Assembly: GCF_044704955.1 (NCBI RefSeq)
Contig: NC_091992.1
Location: forward strand, 55,180,001 to 55,244,000
Length of the DNA stretch: 64,000 nt
Origin: Pristiophorus japonicus
Lineage: Eukaryota
Direction: 5' to 3'
Shown here: positions 37,595 to 51,154 of the stretch, in pieces
Layout: every line of letters begins with the position of its first letter
Position numbering within the stretch: position 1 is the first letter of the stretch
Position numbers and translations under genes: made by a program
The notes under the pieces: model-generated
Told to the model about the DNA's origin: nothing
Seen by the model: only the letters and a program-made list of their open reading frames with translations
Database searches by the model: none

Positions 37595-38516
37595 GTCATC
37601 ATATCATAGTCAGTCCCTCGAAATCGAGGAAGACTTGCTTCCACTCAAAGTGAGTTCTCGGGTGACTGAACAGTCCAATACGGGAATTGCAGTCTCTGTC
37701 ACAGGTGGGTCAGACAGCCGTTGAAGGAAAGGGTGGGTGGGGAGTCTGGTTTGCTGCACGCTTCTTCTGCTGCCTGCACTTGCTTTCTGAATGCTCTCGG
37801 CAACGAGACTCGAGGTGCTCAGCGCCCTCCCGGATGCTCTTCCTCTACGTAGGGCGGACTTTGGCCAGGGATTCTCAAGTGTCGGTGGGGTTGTTGCACT
37901 TTATCAAGGAGGCTTTGAGGGTGTCCTTGAAATGTTTCCTCTGCCCACATGGGGCTCACTTGCCGTGTAGGAGTTCCGAGTAGAGCGCTTGCTTTGGGAG
38001 TCTTATGTCAGACATGCAAACAATGTGGCCCGCCCAATGGAGCTGGTCGAGTGTGGTCAGTGCTTCAATCCTGGGGATGTTGGCCTGATCGAGAACGCTA
38101 ACGTTGGGGCGTCTGTCCTCCAAGGGGATTTGCAGGATCTTGTGGCGACATCATTGGTGGTATTTCTCCAGCGATTTGAGGTGTTTACTGTATGTGGTCC
38201 ACGTCTCTGAGCCATACAGGAGGGCGGCTATCACTACAGCCCTGTAGACCATGAGCTTGATTCCAGATTTGAGGGCCTGATCTTTGAACACTCTCCTCCT
38301 CAGGTGGCCGAAGGCTGTGCTGGCGCACTGGAGATGGTGTTGAACCTCGTCGTCTATGTCTGCCCTTGCTGATAATAGGCTCCCGAGGTATGGAAAGTGG
38401 TCCACGTTGTTCAGGGCTGTGCCATGGATCTTGATGACTGGGGGGCAGTGCTGTGTGGTGGGGTCAGGTTGGTGGAAGACCTTTGTCTTACAGATGTTTA
38501 GTGTAAGGCCCATGCT
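37595..38516 (-). mobile_element. RTE-clade LINE 3' fragment
   Basis: GLTLNICKTKV..FPYLGS..YRAVVIAALLYGSETW; (TGA)n tail. Confidence 0.88.
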
Positions 38517-39143
38517 TTCATTTAGTGCTGTAATGTAGACAATGGTTGGTGGTATTAAAGCTCTGATTGCTTTCATGCATTCTCAGCTGGAGGCCACTCA
38601 AGCTCTGACTGCTGCCGTCATCGCTGGGTCCACCACAGTCTGCCGGGGATCTCACGATATCGCCGCAGGCCACCAATTGTGCTCCAGCAGATTGGTAGGG
38701 ATGATGAGATGCAGCTCCAGGGGAGTGGCAGTGGGTCAGTGGAGCAGGAACTTGCTGTCCTCTCTCAGGATGACAGCATTCCTGCTCCCACCACTGCCAC
38801 TCCACCATTGCATTTGTTGCTGCCTGTCTGCCAGCCAGCCCAGACCACTGCTGCCCAGCCTGAGGTGTTGCAGTCTGCAGCCGGGCCTTCCAGGCCCAGA
38901 GCTGGTCGAGGGCATCCTGCAAGGCCATCTGCAGTCTCTGGCCCTGACACACAGCAGCCTTCCACCAGCCCTGCTGCAGCCACTGGGGAGACACTACGTA
39001 GGAGCACTAGATTAGGAAAAGGCACTGTAAAGAGGGGAAGTAAGGGTTTGCACTATGATGATTAGTTAATATTGATGTATATATGTGGTTACTGAATTTA
39101 GATGAATTTATTATTGGAAGGTTGCCGGTTTGGTGCTGTAATT

Positions 39144-40364
39144 TCAGTTTTGGGGTGTGGTATGGAATGATGGGGATGTGCTCAGCAACCAGGAAGTGGC
39201 CTCAAATTCACTGGAACCGAAGTCTGATGAGGTGGTCACGGACCGCCCTTCCACAAGGCCGATTCGGTGGCTGCCTCCTCCCGCGCTGCTGTCCGTGCTC
39301 CTATTCCTCCTCCTTTTCCCCACCTCCCCCTCCCCATCCTCCTGAGGTGGGGGAGCTATGCCTGGTGGCAATGCCTGCGCCCGCATGATGCCAAGTTGTG
39401 CAGCATGCAGCAGGCAACGACGAAATAGGACACCCGCTCAGCCGAGTGCTGGAGGGCTCCTCCAGAGCGGTCAAGGTAGTGGAACTGTTGCTTGAGCACT
39501 CCGATGGTCTGCTCAATGATGTTCCTGATGGCAGCATGGCTCTCATTATAGGAGTGCTGGGTAGGAGTGCTGGGGTTGTGGAGGGGAGTCATGAACCAGG
39601 TGGAGAGCGGATAGCCCTTGTCTCCGAGCAGCCAGCCACGAGCTTGATGTGGTGCCTGGAAGTGAGCTGGCACACCGGTCTGGTGCAGGATAAAGGCTGC
39701 TGCCAGGATCGCGGGCATTGACGGTGAGGATTCTGCGTGTGTGGTCACACACCAACTGCACATTGAGTGAGTGGAAGCATTTGTGGTTACGGAAGATCTC
39801 AGGATTGTGATGCCATGCCCGCAAAGCGCCATGGGTGCAGTCAATGGTGCCCTGCATCATGGGAAGCCAACTTTCCTGGCAAAGCCACATGCACGCTCGT
39901 GCTGCTTCTCTCTGGTGATGGGGAAGGAAATGTAATCCCATCTCCCTCTGTACAGAGCATCTGTGACCTCCCGGATGGAGAAATGGATGGCAAACTGCGA
40001 TATTTAGATATGTCTCCTGTTGCACATTGGAAGGATCTGCTAGTTAGAAATTGAACGCGATGGTGACCTTGACTGGCACTGAGAGGGCTGTGGTCACCCA
40101 GGTCTGAGACTGGCCGTCTGATTGCAGGCGGTGGCAGAGCTCTGTGACCATGCCCTTGGTGAAGCACAGCCTTCGAACACACTGCTCCTCAGTGACATTG
40201 ATATAGGGGAACTGCTCTTGGAATAGCCTGGGAGGGTAAGGCCTCCTGTTGTGAGCCCTGTTGGCCCTCCTCCCTCTGGCTACCTTTTGCTGTCTTTCTC
40301 TCTGCCTCCACTGCCTCCGACATTGACGCTGGAGGGCGAGGTCCAGTGCCAGTACAGCCCCCAT
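39144..40364 (-). pseudogene. PIF/Harbinger (HARBI1-like) DDE transposase, frameshifted
   Basis: TALSVPVKVTIAFNF; GTIDCTH; FRNHKCFHSLNVQLVCD; GWLLGDKGYPL; YNESHAAIRNIIEQTIGVLK; ACCMLHNL. Confidence 0.9.
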
Positions 40365-40401
40365 TAATGAATGGAAATGTTGCACTGTGTAATCTGAGAT
40401 C

Positions 40402-40614
40402 TGTTATGTATGTAAACATTGTAACTGTGTAAGACTTGCCACCAGAGGGCGCAACTGTTGGAGGCCTAAGAGTCACCTGCACACCTCATGCAAGGGAGTA
40501 TGAAAGATTGTCTGCCATGCTGCTTACGCACTCTGGAGTTGTATCAAAGAGACTAAGGCCACATCAGTTTTAGCTCACAGTACTCAGTCTTGTGGAGTTC
40601 TTCCATACTTAACA
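40402..40614 (+). mobile_element. Solo Gypsy-type LTR (213 bp) inside the Harbinger
   Basis: TGTTATG...TTAACA; flanks AGATC / AGCTC; similar in layout to LTR 41913-42125. Confidence 0.8.
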
Positions 40615-41261
40615 AGCTCAGTGAAAGTGAATGATTTTTTTGAGGCAGAAGACTCCTTAAAGTGAAAAATGCTGAAATCACTCAAAGCACCTCTTGGCTT
40701 GTGTGAAACTGACAAGGCAGCATTCTTTGCCGACTAAAGATAAACCGGATGTTGAGGACTTTAAATAGCGCTCCTCCAGCGGCCATCCATTGCACACCGC
40801 CTCCTCCACCTGCCATTGCTAACAGCAGGCGCTCGGGCGTGTGGGGGGGGGGGGTGGGGGGGTTGCTGAGAGGGAAGTTCTGATCTGGGGTGTTGCGCAC
40901 AGGATGACATCATGATCACCGGGGCGCTCGGGACCGAAGTGATAAGTCTTAGCGACAGTGCAAAAGCGGAAGGGAATTTCGCGGTCGTTGCTCAATTCGC
41001 CGCGCCCAGTCATATACCCATTTACGCCCCATTATCACCCCCTGGAAACACTAACGGGAGGCGCCAAGGAGGCCAATTTCTCCCCCTAAGAGTATAATTG
41101 GGGTAGAAGAGCAAAGGGAATTAGGAGTACTGATAGACAAATCCCTAAAAGGTACGAGACAGGTTAATAATACTAAAAAAAGGGTTCATTTTTAGAGGGA
41201 TAGAATTGAAAAGCAGAGAAGTTATGTTAAACTTGTATAGAACCTTAGTTAGACCACACCT

Positions 41262-44200
41262 GGGCCCCGAAATTCGTCAACTGCCGCTCCCGCCCGTTTC
41301 TCGGTGTTACCCGGGCAGTCCTTGCTTTTTTTACTGCCCGTTACTCCTGGGGCCGATTGAGCGGGAGATTCATCCCGGTTTTCTCAGCGGGAGCGGCAGC
41401 AGAAGGTAGCGGGCATCGCCGGTAAGTGCAGGCCACGGGACTCGGGAAAGATCGGAGGCCGTGTACTGCACATGCGCGAGATTTGGGATTTTTTTTTCTT
41501 TCGTTTTTTTTTTGACGGAATCAGCTTCCACCACCTTTTTGGGGCAGTGCGTTCCGGATCCCGATAACTCTCAGGTGGATTTAACCCCTCATCTGCCCTC
41601 TGGATCTTTTTGTAATGATTTTCATACCATGAATCTGGTTTCGAGTGTGTGAGTGTGCTGTTTATTCTGTACCTGTCAATCTGTGGTGGAAGCTAGTTCC
41701 GTCAAGAGAATGAGGATTTTTATTTCACTCATTTTTTTAACTAATAACTACAACAAAGCAATGGTGCGAATGTCACTAATGCGGAAAGATGTAAACATTA
41801 CAATGGCCAAGGATGAGAGAAGCGTCATTTTGGTAGGGAGACATCTGCCTTTCACAACAAGGATGTATTTTTTGCCTTACAGTTATGATGCAACTTATTA
41901 ATGGGTCCTGATTGTTATGTATGCAACACTATGTAACCAGCATTCTACCACCACCAGAGGGCATATCTGCTGGAGTCCCAAGGGATCCCAGCATCCCTTG
42001 GGAGCACTGTATATAAGCAGGCTTCCCATGCTGTACCAGTACTCTGGAGTTAGAATAAAGAGACTCAGGTCACACTTATTCACATCTACAGTACTCAGTC
42101 AAATTACTTTATTAGAGACATAACAACTGGCGACGAGATAATGAACCATCACGTGAAAATGCAGAGAATTGTTGGTATTCTGGAGAAATTCTCAGAAGGG
42201 GACGATTGGGAGGCCTTCATGGAGCATCTCGACCAATACTTCGTGGCCAATGAGCTGGAAGGGAGTGTGAACGCTGCCAAACGAAGGGCGATCCTCCTCA
42301 CCATCTACGGGGCAACAACCTATGGCCTCATGAAGAATCTTCTTGCTCCGATGAAACTAACAACCAAATCGTATGAAGAACTGTGTACACTGGTCCGGGA
42401 GCACCTAAATCCAAAGGCCAGGAAGTGGTGAGCTACGTCGCCGAACTAAAGCGCCTTGCAGAACATTGCGAATTCGATGGATTCTTGGAGCAAATGCTAA
42501 GAGACTTTTTTGTGTTTGGCATTGGCCATGAGGTTATCCTTTGCAAACTATTGACTGTTGAAACACCAAACCTGAGCAAAGCCATAACGATAGCCCAGGA
42601 ATTTATGTCCACCAGCAATAACACCAAACAAATTTCACAGCATAAAGATGCTTCGGCAAGTACTGTACACAAAGTAACGTCGTTTTCAGGCAGGAATGCA
42701 TATGGCAGAACGTACATGTCTGCAGCTGCATGACCTCAGATGATTCAGAGTCCACCATCAAGCGTGAATGCGAGGCAATTGACACCTTGTTGGTGCTGCG
42801 GAAGTGATCATCAAGCCCATCAATGCTGCTTCAAATACGATGCGTGCAAAGGCTGTGGAACAATGGGACACCTCCAGCGAATGTGCAGATGAGCTGCAAA
42901 CCCTGCAAACCACACATTGCAGAGGAAGACCAATCCATAGCGGATCAAACTGAACTCGAGACTCAAACCGAGGAGGCAGAAGTGTATGGGGTACACACCT
43001 TCACCAAGAAAAATGTCCACCGATCATGTTAAAAGTTGAACTGAACGGAATTCCAGTATCCATGGAATTGGACACGGGTGCGAGTCAGTCCATCATGACC
43101 AAAAAGGCCTTTGACAGGCTGTTGTGCAACAAGGCACAAAGGCCCAAGCTGAGCCCTGTTCATACCAAGCTGAGAACTTACACTAAAGAGCTGATCCCTG
43201 TAATTGGCAGTGCAGCAGTAAAAGTCTCCTATGATGGAACAGTACACGAACTACCACTATGGATTGTACCAGGAGATGGCCCCACACTGTTCGGCAGAAG
43301 CTGGCTGGGAAAAAGCCATTGGAACTGGGACGATATCCGAGCGCTTTCGTCCGTCGACAATGCCTCATGTGCCCAGGTTCTGAGCAAGTTTGAGCCAGGC
43401 ATCGGAAATTTCTCTGGGGCGAAGGTGCAGATCCACTTGATTCCCGGTGCACAACCCATCCACCACAAGGCATGTGCGGTGCCATACATGATGCGAGAGA
43501 AAGTGGAGATCGAGCTGGATAGGCTGCAATGAGAGGGCATCATCGCACCGGTGGAGTTCAACTAGTGGGCCAGTCCGATTGTTCCGGTTCTCAAGGGTGA
43601 TGGCACGGTCAGAATTTGTGGGGACTATAGCGTAACAATTAACTGTTTTTCGCTGCAGGACCAGTACCCGCTACTCAAGGCAAACGACCTATTTGCGACG
43701 CTGGCAGGAGGGAAGACGTTCACCAAATTGGACCTGACCTCGGCCTACATGATGCACGAGCTAGCGGAATCTTCGAAAGGCCTCACCTGCATCAACACGT
43801 ACAAAGGTCTGTTCATCTACAATAGATGCCCGTTTAGGATTTGATCGGATGCGGCTATTTTTCAAAGGAACATGGAGAGTCTGCTAAAGTCGGTTCCGCG
43901 CACCGTGGTTTTCCAGGACGACATATTGATCACAGGTTGGGACACCATCGAACACTTGCAAAACATGGAAGAGGTTCTAAGTCGGCTAGATCGTGTGGGA
44001 CTCGGGTTGAAACGCTTGAAGTGTGTTTTACTGGCACCAGAGGTCGAGTTCTTAGGGAGAAGAATCGCGGCAGACTGCATCAGACCCACCAACGCCAAGA
44101 CGGAGGCCATCAAAAATACGCCGAGACCACAGAACGTGACAGAGCTGTGGTCGTTCCTGGGACTCTTCAATTATTTTGGTAATTTCCTACCCAGGTTAAG

Positions 44201-46777
44201 CACCTTGCTAGAACCTCTACACGTGTTGCTATGCAGGGAAGATAACTGGGCATGGGGGAAATCACAAAAGACTGCTTTTGAGAAAGCCAGATATCTGTTA
44301 TTTTCCAACAAATTGCTTGTTCTGTATGACCCATGTAAACGTGCTAGCTTGCGATGCGTCTTTGTACGGGGCCAGGTGTGTGTTACAACAAGCAAATGAA
44401 TCGTAAACATTGCAACCGGTCACTTATGCGTCCAGGAGTTTGTCCAAGGCTAAAAGGGTCGACAGCACGATTGAAAAAGAAGCTCTGGCATGCGTTTACG
44501 GGGTAAAAAAAAATGCACCAGTATCTGTTTGGGCTTAAGTTTGAGTTTGAAACTGACCATAAGCCACTCATATTGCCATTCTCAGAGAACAAAGATATTA
44601 ATACCAATGCCTCTGCTCGCATCCAAAGATGGGCGCTCATGCTGTCTGCATATAACTATGTAATTGGCCACAGGCCAGGCACAGAGAACTACGTTGATGC
44701 CCTCAGTCGGCTACCATTGCCCACCACCAGGGTGGAAATGGCACAGCCTGCAGACTTGCTCTTGGTGATGGATGCATTTGAAAACGAAAAGTCACCCGTT
44801 ACGGCCTGCCAGATCAGGATCTGGACCAGCCAGGATCCTTTACTGTCCCTTGTAAAAAACTGTGTCCTCCATGGGAGTTGGTTCAGCGTTTCAGCATGGA
44901 TGCATGAAGAGATCAAGCCACTCCAGAGGCGCAAAGATGAAATGTCCATAGAGGCAGACTGTCTTTTGTGGGGCAATCACGAGGTTTAGCCTAAGAAAGG
45001 CAGGGAAATGTTAATTATCTACCTAGACAGTACCCACCCAGGCATAGTAATGATGAAAGCTATAGCCAGATCCCATGTGCGGTGGCCCGGCATCGATTCA
45101 CCACATCCCATGTGTGCGCCAATGCAACACTTGCTCTCAACTGAGCAATGCACCCAGGGCGGCACCACTAAGTTTGTGGTCATGGCCCTCCAAACTGTGG
45201 TCTAGGATCCACGTTGACTTTGCTGGCCCATTTCTAGGCAAAATGTTTTTGGTTGTTGTGGATGCTTATTCAAAAATGGATTGAGTGTATAATAATGTCT
45301 GTAAGCACGTCCACTGCCATCATCGAAAACCTACAAGCCATGTTTGACACGTACGGCCTGCCTGATGTCCTTGTCAGCAGCAATGGGCCGTGCTTTAGCA
45401 GCGCTGAATTCAAGGAATTCATGACCCGCAATGGGATCAAGCACGTCATATCTGCCCCGTTCAAGCCCACATCCAACGGCCAGGTAGAATGGACAGTCCA
45501 ACCATCAAGCAAAGCTTGAAACGCGTGTCGGAAGGCTCCCTGCAGACCCGCCTGTCCCGAATCCTTCTCAGCTACCACACTAGACCCCACTCACTCACCG
45601 GGGATCCCCCTGCCGAACTGCTCATGAAAAGGACACTCAAAAGAAGACTCTTTCTAGTCCACCCTGATCTCCATGATCATGTCGATGGCAGGTGGCATCA
45701 ACAAAGCATGTACCATGATCGCGCAAATTTGTCACGTGATATTGAAGTCAATGACCCTGTATTTGTACTCAACTATGGACATGGTCCCAAATGGCTTGCT
45801 GGCACTGTCATAGCCAAAGAAGGGAGTAGGGTGTTTCAGGTCAAACTCGCAAATGGACTAACTTGCAGAAAGCATTTGGACCAAACCGATTCACGGACAG
45901 CCACGAGCAACCTGAAGAGGACACCACCAACTTCGACCCTCCAACACACACACAAGTGGCAACCGACATGACGGTTGACCACGAAGCTGAACCCATCATC
46001 CCCAGCAGCCCAGCAAGGCCAGCTGCGCAGCAGCCCAGCAAAGGGCCAACCAACTCACCTGTGTTTGTACTGAGACAATCGACTAGGGAGCGGAAAGCCC
46101 CAGATTGTCTCATCTGTAAATAAGTGTACTATTGACTTTGGGGGTGGGAGTGATGTTATGTATACAACACTATGTAACCAGCATTCTACCACCACCAAGT
46201 TCCAGAACTTGGAGGCCAGACATTGTGGTTGGGAATTGTTAGATTGCTCAAGCTATTTTGTGGGGGTGGGGGGGGTTGTGTGGAAGAATAGGGCCATCAC
46301 AGCTGAACCTGACTCTGTCCTCATCTGATGGTCACTCAAGTGCACTTTCCAGCAGAATTCACTAGATAGCAATCAGGAGTGGAAAATGTGGCTCAGTACT
46401 TTTTCCTTACTGGCTGGTGGAGCAGAGACCATTGTAGTGAGCACTACTACCACTCAATAGACAATCAGACCTGGGATGTACTGTTCTGTACGGCTTAGCT
46501 CCAATGTCCATACCATCCGTTCAAGATCCAGGTAAGACCACCTTGTTCACAACGGTCTTTCTGGCGAGCGGTAACAACCGATCTTAGTGATGATACTGCC
46601 ATTTTGGGGATTTTCCCACGGGAAGGCAGTATGGACTACCGCCGGCGGTACTTCTCTGATGAATTTACCGCCAGGTGATAGTTGGGCGGTAGATCGATGG
46701 TAGGTGATTTTTTTTTTAACCAAACTGGGATTTTTGGGCGATAGCTCGGTGGGAGCTAGTGTGATGAATTTCGGCCC
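41262..46777. mobile_element. MITE-bounded nested block
   Basis: GGGCCCCGAAATTC ... GAATTTCGGCCC termini lie exactly at the CR1 breakpoints. Confidence 0.6.
41913..46197 (+). mobile_element. Ty3/Gypsy LTR retrotransposon, decayed; 5' LTR 41913-42125, 3' LTR truncated 46154-46197
   Basis: TG..CA LTR; PBS TGGCGACGAG (tRNA-Ser GCU type) at 42128; gag, PR LDTGA, RT FQDD, RNaseH TDHKPL, IN HVDFAGP; PPT before 46154. Confidence 0.95.
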
Positions 46778-47314
46778 TCGGGAGTACTGTGCACAGTTCT
46801 GGTCTCCATATTATAACAAGGGTACAGATTCACTGGAGAAGCTGCAAAAAAGATTTACAAGGATGATACCTGAACTGTGAGGTTATAACTATCAATAAAG
46901 ACTGCACAGGCTAGGTCTCTTTCTCTGGAAAAGAGAAGACACTGGTGACCCAATTGAGGTCTTTAAAATAATGAAAGGCGTTGATAGAGTAAGTGTTTGC
47001 ATTTGTGGGGGGGTCCAAAATTAGGGTCCATAAATATAAGATCATCAGCAATAAATCCAATAAGGAATTCAGGAGCAACTTCTTTACCCAGAGAGTGGTT
47101 AGAATGTGGAACCCGCTACCACAGGGAGTAGTTGAAATGAGCAGCATAGATGCATTTAAAGGGAAGCTAGATAAGCAAACGAGGAGAATGGAATAGAAGG
47201 ATGTGCTGATAGTGTTAGATGAAGTAGGGTGGGAGGAGGCCCTTGTGGAGCATAAACACCAGCATAGTCCAGTTGGACCGAATGGCCTGTTTCTGAGCTG
47301 TACATTCTATGTAT

Positions 47315-47821
47315 AAGAACATAAGAGATAGGAGCAGGAGTCAGCCATTTGGCCCCTCAAGCCTGCTCCGCAATTCAATAAGTTCATGGCTGATCTGATC
47401 TTGGCCTCAATTCCACTTCCCTGCCCACTCCCCATAACCCTTGACTCCATTATTGTTCAAAAATCTGTTTATCTCCACAGTAAATATATTCAATGACCCA
47501 GCCTCCACAGCTCTCTGGGGTAGAGAATTCCAAAGATTCACGCCCCTCTGAGAGAAGAAATTTCTCATTTCCGTTTTAAATGAACGGGCCCTTATTCTGA
47601 TACTATGCCCCCTAGTTCTAGATTCCCCCACGAGGGGAATTATCCTCTCTGCATCCACCCTGCCAAGCCCCCTCAGAATTTTATATGTTTCAATAAGATC
47701 ACCTCTCATTCTTCTAAACTCCAATGAGTATAGGCCCAACCTGCTCAACCTTTCTTCATATGACAACCCCCTCATCTCAGGAATCAACCTCGTGAACCTT
47801 CTCTGAATTGCCTCCAATGCG
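47315..47821 (-). mobile_element. CR1 3' end, antisense
   Basis: ORF 47407-47817. Confidence 0.92.
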
Positions 47822-47944
47822 ATGTTTCCAGTTATTCTACTGGAATCAAAAGGCTGTTAAGGTGACTACAATGGCTGGAAGCACAAAATAATTCATTAAA
47901 ATTAGTTTGCTGGAACTTAGCATGACCTTCTCGAGAAAGACGTA

Positions 47945-50678
47945 GGGCTAGAAATTCGGTGCATTTTCCCGTCCCGTTAGTGCGCCCGCCATATTGGGTG
48001 GGAGTTTAGCAGTGACACTACGGCTTTGTGCACCGGTTTCCTGCGCCCGGAGATCGTGACGTCATGCCACGTGCGTCGCCCCGTTAGCACCCCGGCCCCA
48101 AAATTCACTTCCGTCCCCTGCATCAACACCGGGCGCAAACACCAGCAGCTGGAGGAGGCGTGGATTGGGCGGCCGGCCGCTACTGGAGCGGTGATTAAAG
48201 ACCTGGTGAAACACAAAAACATAGTAAATAGGTGCAGGAGTAGGCCATTCGGCCCTTCGAGCCTGCACCACCATTCAATATGATAATGGCTGATCGTTCA
48301 CCTCAGTACCCCTTTCCTGCTTTCTCTCCAAACCCCGATCCCTTTAGCTGTAAGGGCCATATCTAACTCCCTCTTGAATATATCCAATGAACTGGCATCT
48401 ACAACTCTCTGTGGTAGAGAATTCCACAGGTTAACAACTCTCTGAATGAAGAAGTTTCTCCTCATCTAAGTCCTAAATGGCTTACTCCTTATCCTTAGAC
48501 TATGTCCCCTGGTTCTGGACTTCCCCAACATCGGGAACATTCTTCCTGCATCTTACCTGTCCAGTCCTGTCAGAATTTTATATGTTTCTATGAGATCCCC
48601 TCTCATCTTTCTAAACTCCAGTGAATAGAGGCCCAGTCGATCCAGTCTCTCCTCATATGTCAATCCAGCCATCCCGGGAATCAGTCTGGTGAACCTTCGC
48701 TGCACTCCCTCAATAGCAAGAACATCCTTCCTCAGATTAGGAGATGAAAGCTGAACACAATATTCCAGGTGAGGCCTCACCAAGGCTCTGTACAACGGCA
48801 GTAAGACCTCCCTGCTCCTCTACTCAAATCCCCTAGCTATGAAGGCCAACATACCATTTGCCTTCTTCACCGCCTGCTGAACCTGCATGCCAACTTTCAA
48901 TGACTGATGTACTATGACACCCAGGTCTCGCTGCACCTCCCCTTTTCCTAAGCTGCTACCATTCAGATAATATTCTGCCTTTGTGTTTTTGCCACCAAAG
49001 TGGATAACCTCACATTTATCCACATAATACTGCATTTGCCACGCATTTGCCCACTCACTTAACCTGTCCAAGTCACCCTGCAGCCTTTTAGCATCCTCCT
49101 CACAGCTCACACTGCCACCCAGCTTAGTGTCATCTCCAAACTTGGAGATAATGCACTCAATTCCCTCATCCAAATCATTAATGTATATTGTAAATAGCTG
49201 GGGTCCCAGCACTGACCCCTGCTGTGCCCCACTAGTCACTGCCTGCCATTCTGAAAAGGACCTGTTTATCCTGACTCTCTGCTTCCTGTCTGCCAACCAG
49301 TTCTCTATCCACGTCAGTACATTACCCCCGATAACATGTGTTTTAATTTTGCACACCAATCTCTTGTGTGGGACCTTGTCAAAAGCCTTTTGAAAGTCCA
49401 AATACACCACACCTACTGGTTCTCCCTTGTCATCTCTACCAGATACATCCTCAAAAAATTCTAGAAGATTTGTCAAGCAGGATTTCCCTTTCATAAATCT
49501 ATGCTGACTTGGACCAATCCCGTCATTGCTTTCCAAATGTGCTGCTATTTCATCTTTAATAATTGATTCGAGCATTTTCCCCACTGCTGATGTCAGGCTA
49601 ACCGGTCTATAATTATCTGTTTTCTCTCCCTCCTTTCTTAAAAAGTGGTGTTACATTAGCTACACTCCAGTCCATAGGAACCGATCCAGATTAGATAGAC
49701 TGTTGGAAAATGATCACCAATGCATCCGCTATGTCTAGGGCTACGTACTCTGGGATGCAGACTATCAGGCCCCAGGGATTTATCGGCCTTCAATCCCATC
49801 AATTTCCCTAACATAATTTCCCGCCTAATAGGGATTTTCTTCAGTCCCTCCTTCTCACTAGACCCTCAGTTCCGTAGTATTTCTGGAAGGTTATTTGTGT
49901 CTTCTTTCATGAAGACAGAACCAAAGTAGTTGTTTAACTGGTCCGCCATTTCTTTGTTCCCCATTATAGATTCACCTGAATCTGACTGCAAGGGACCTAT
50001 GTTTGTTTTCACTAATCTTTTTCTCTTCACATATCTATAGAAGCTTTTGCAGTCAGTTTTTATGTTCCCAGCAAGCTTCCTCTCATACTCTATTTTCCCC
50101 CTCTTAATTAAACCCTTTGTCCTTCTCTGCTGTATTACAAAATTCTCCCAGTCCTCAGGTTTGCTGCTTTTTCTGGCCAATTTATATGCCTCCTCCTTGG
50201 ATTTAACACTATCCTTAATTTCCCTTATTAGCCACGGTTGAGCCACCTTCCCCGTTTTATTTTTATTCCAGCCAGGGATGTACAAGTGGCGGAGTGAAAT
50301 AATAAACTTATCCGCTTGATGCCATTCCTGCGGGGGTCCTGGCCACGATCACTCAGCTCGGTAACTCTTCCTGAGTGTCGGGCTGATCGCACTGCAGCCC
50401 CCCTCCCCAGTGGCCCAGGCAGGTCCCTTTTCCTTCTGCCGATTCGGCAGCGCGGGCCCTTCCCTGTAAGGGAAAGAGAGCCCAGTGCGCAACGCTGCTT
50501 ATGTGTCCGCCCCGTTAGCACCCCAAGAAGGACATGGAGCGTTTGATGTAGCGCTCCACTTCCTTTCGGGGCGGTAACCCGAATTTTTGGAGAGAGGCAA
50601 AACTTCAGGGCCTGGCACTAAGTCTCGCGCTTCCCAACTGTTACCGCCCCCAAACAGGGCCCTAACGAATTTCACCCC
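47945..50678. mobile_element. MITE family A split by a CR1
   Basis: GGGCTAGAAATTCG / CGAATTTCACCCC; both halves colinear with 3491-4235. Confidence 0.8.
48208..50285 (-). mobile_element. Young CR1 LINE, 2.1 kb, same subfamily as 6710-9337
   Basis: ORFs 49866-50285, 48820-49584, 48553-48795 are nearly identical in translation to 7238-9246. Confidence 0.95.
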
Positions 50679-51154
50679 TTTTGGCCAAGAATGTTCTGGA
50701 TCAGGGCATCTTGCAGTGTGCTTCTGTTTGTTAGTTTTTTTCAGCACCTTTCAGCTCAAAATGGTTTCTGCTGGGTGTGCGAGCTAAGCACAGCACAACA
50801 GGGCATCAAGCAACTTGGTGAAGGGCGGGACCAGCAGTCTATCTCCTTAACCCAATGAGATTTAAGGATTGAGAAAAATAACGAATGAACGATGGAGAAA
50901 GAAATAGAATGAATTAGGATCAAATTAGATACAAGAAGAAGACTGGATTAAGAGAGAGAAAAGATACAGAAAGGAAAATCTGAAAAAAATTAAAACATTT
51001 TAAATTCTAAAAAATCTCAAGAAACAATTTACTACCTGCAGGAATGAGACTCCACTGTTTCAATTGTTCCCTTTCTGGGCCGGAGAGGTTGAGTGGCAAA
51101 GCAGGAACAAAAGGGTACTTTGTTGTTAAATGCTAGTCCTAACTTTCCGCAGCA

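Larger units (their letters stand above)
38540..41086. mobile_element. Decayed Harbinger transposon; right TIR present, left boundary uncertain
   Basis: Transposase on -, convergent low-complexity frame 38542-39065 on + (possible remnant of the second gene), terminus CCAATTTCTCCCCC|TAA. Confidence 0.7.
41090..47312 (+). mobile_element. CR1 3' part split into 41090-41261 and 46778-47312
   Basis: LYRTLVRPHL stops at 41261; EYCAQFWSP resumes at about 46782. Confidence 0.8.

Noticed and set aside
39144-40385. Domesticated HARBI1 host gene
   Set aside because: Multiple frameshifts, an adjacent TIR and an LTR insertion indicate a dead transposon copy
33682-41086. One single 7.4-kb Harbinger element
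   Set aside because: The termini are only loosely complementary, there is no clean TSD, and the right flank is CR1 while the left is not; treated as two elements
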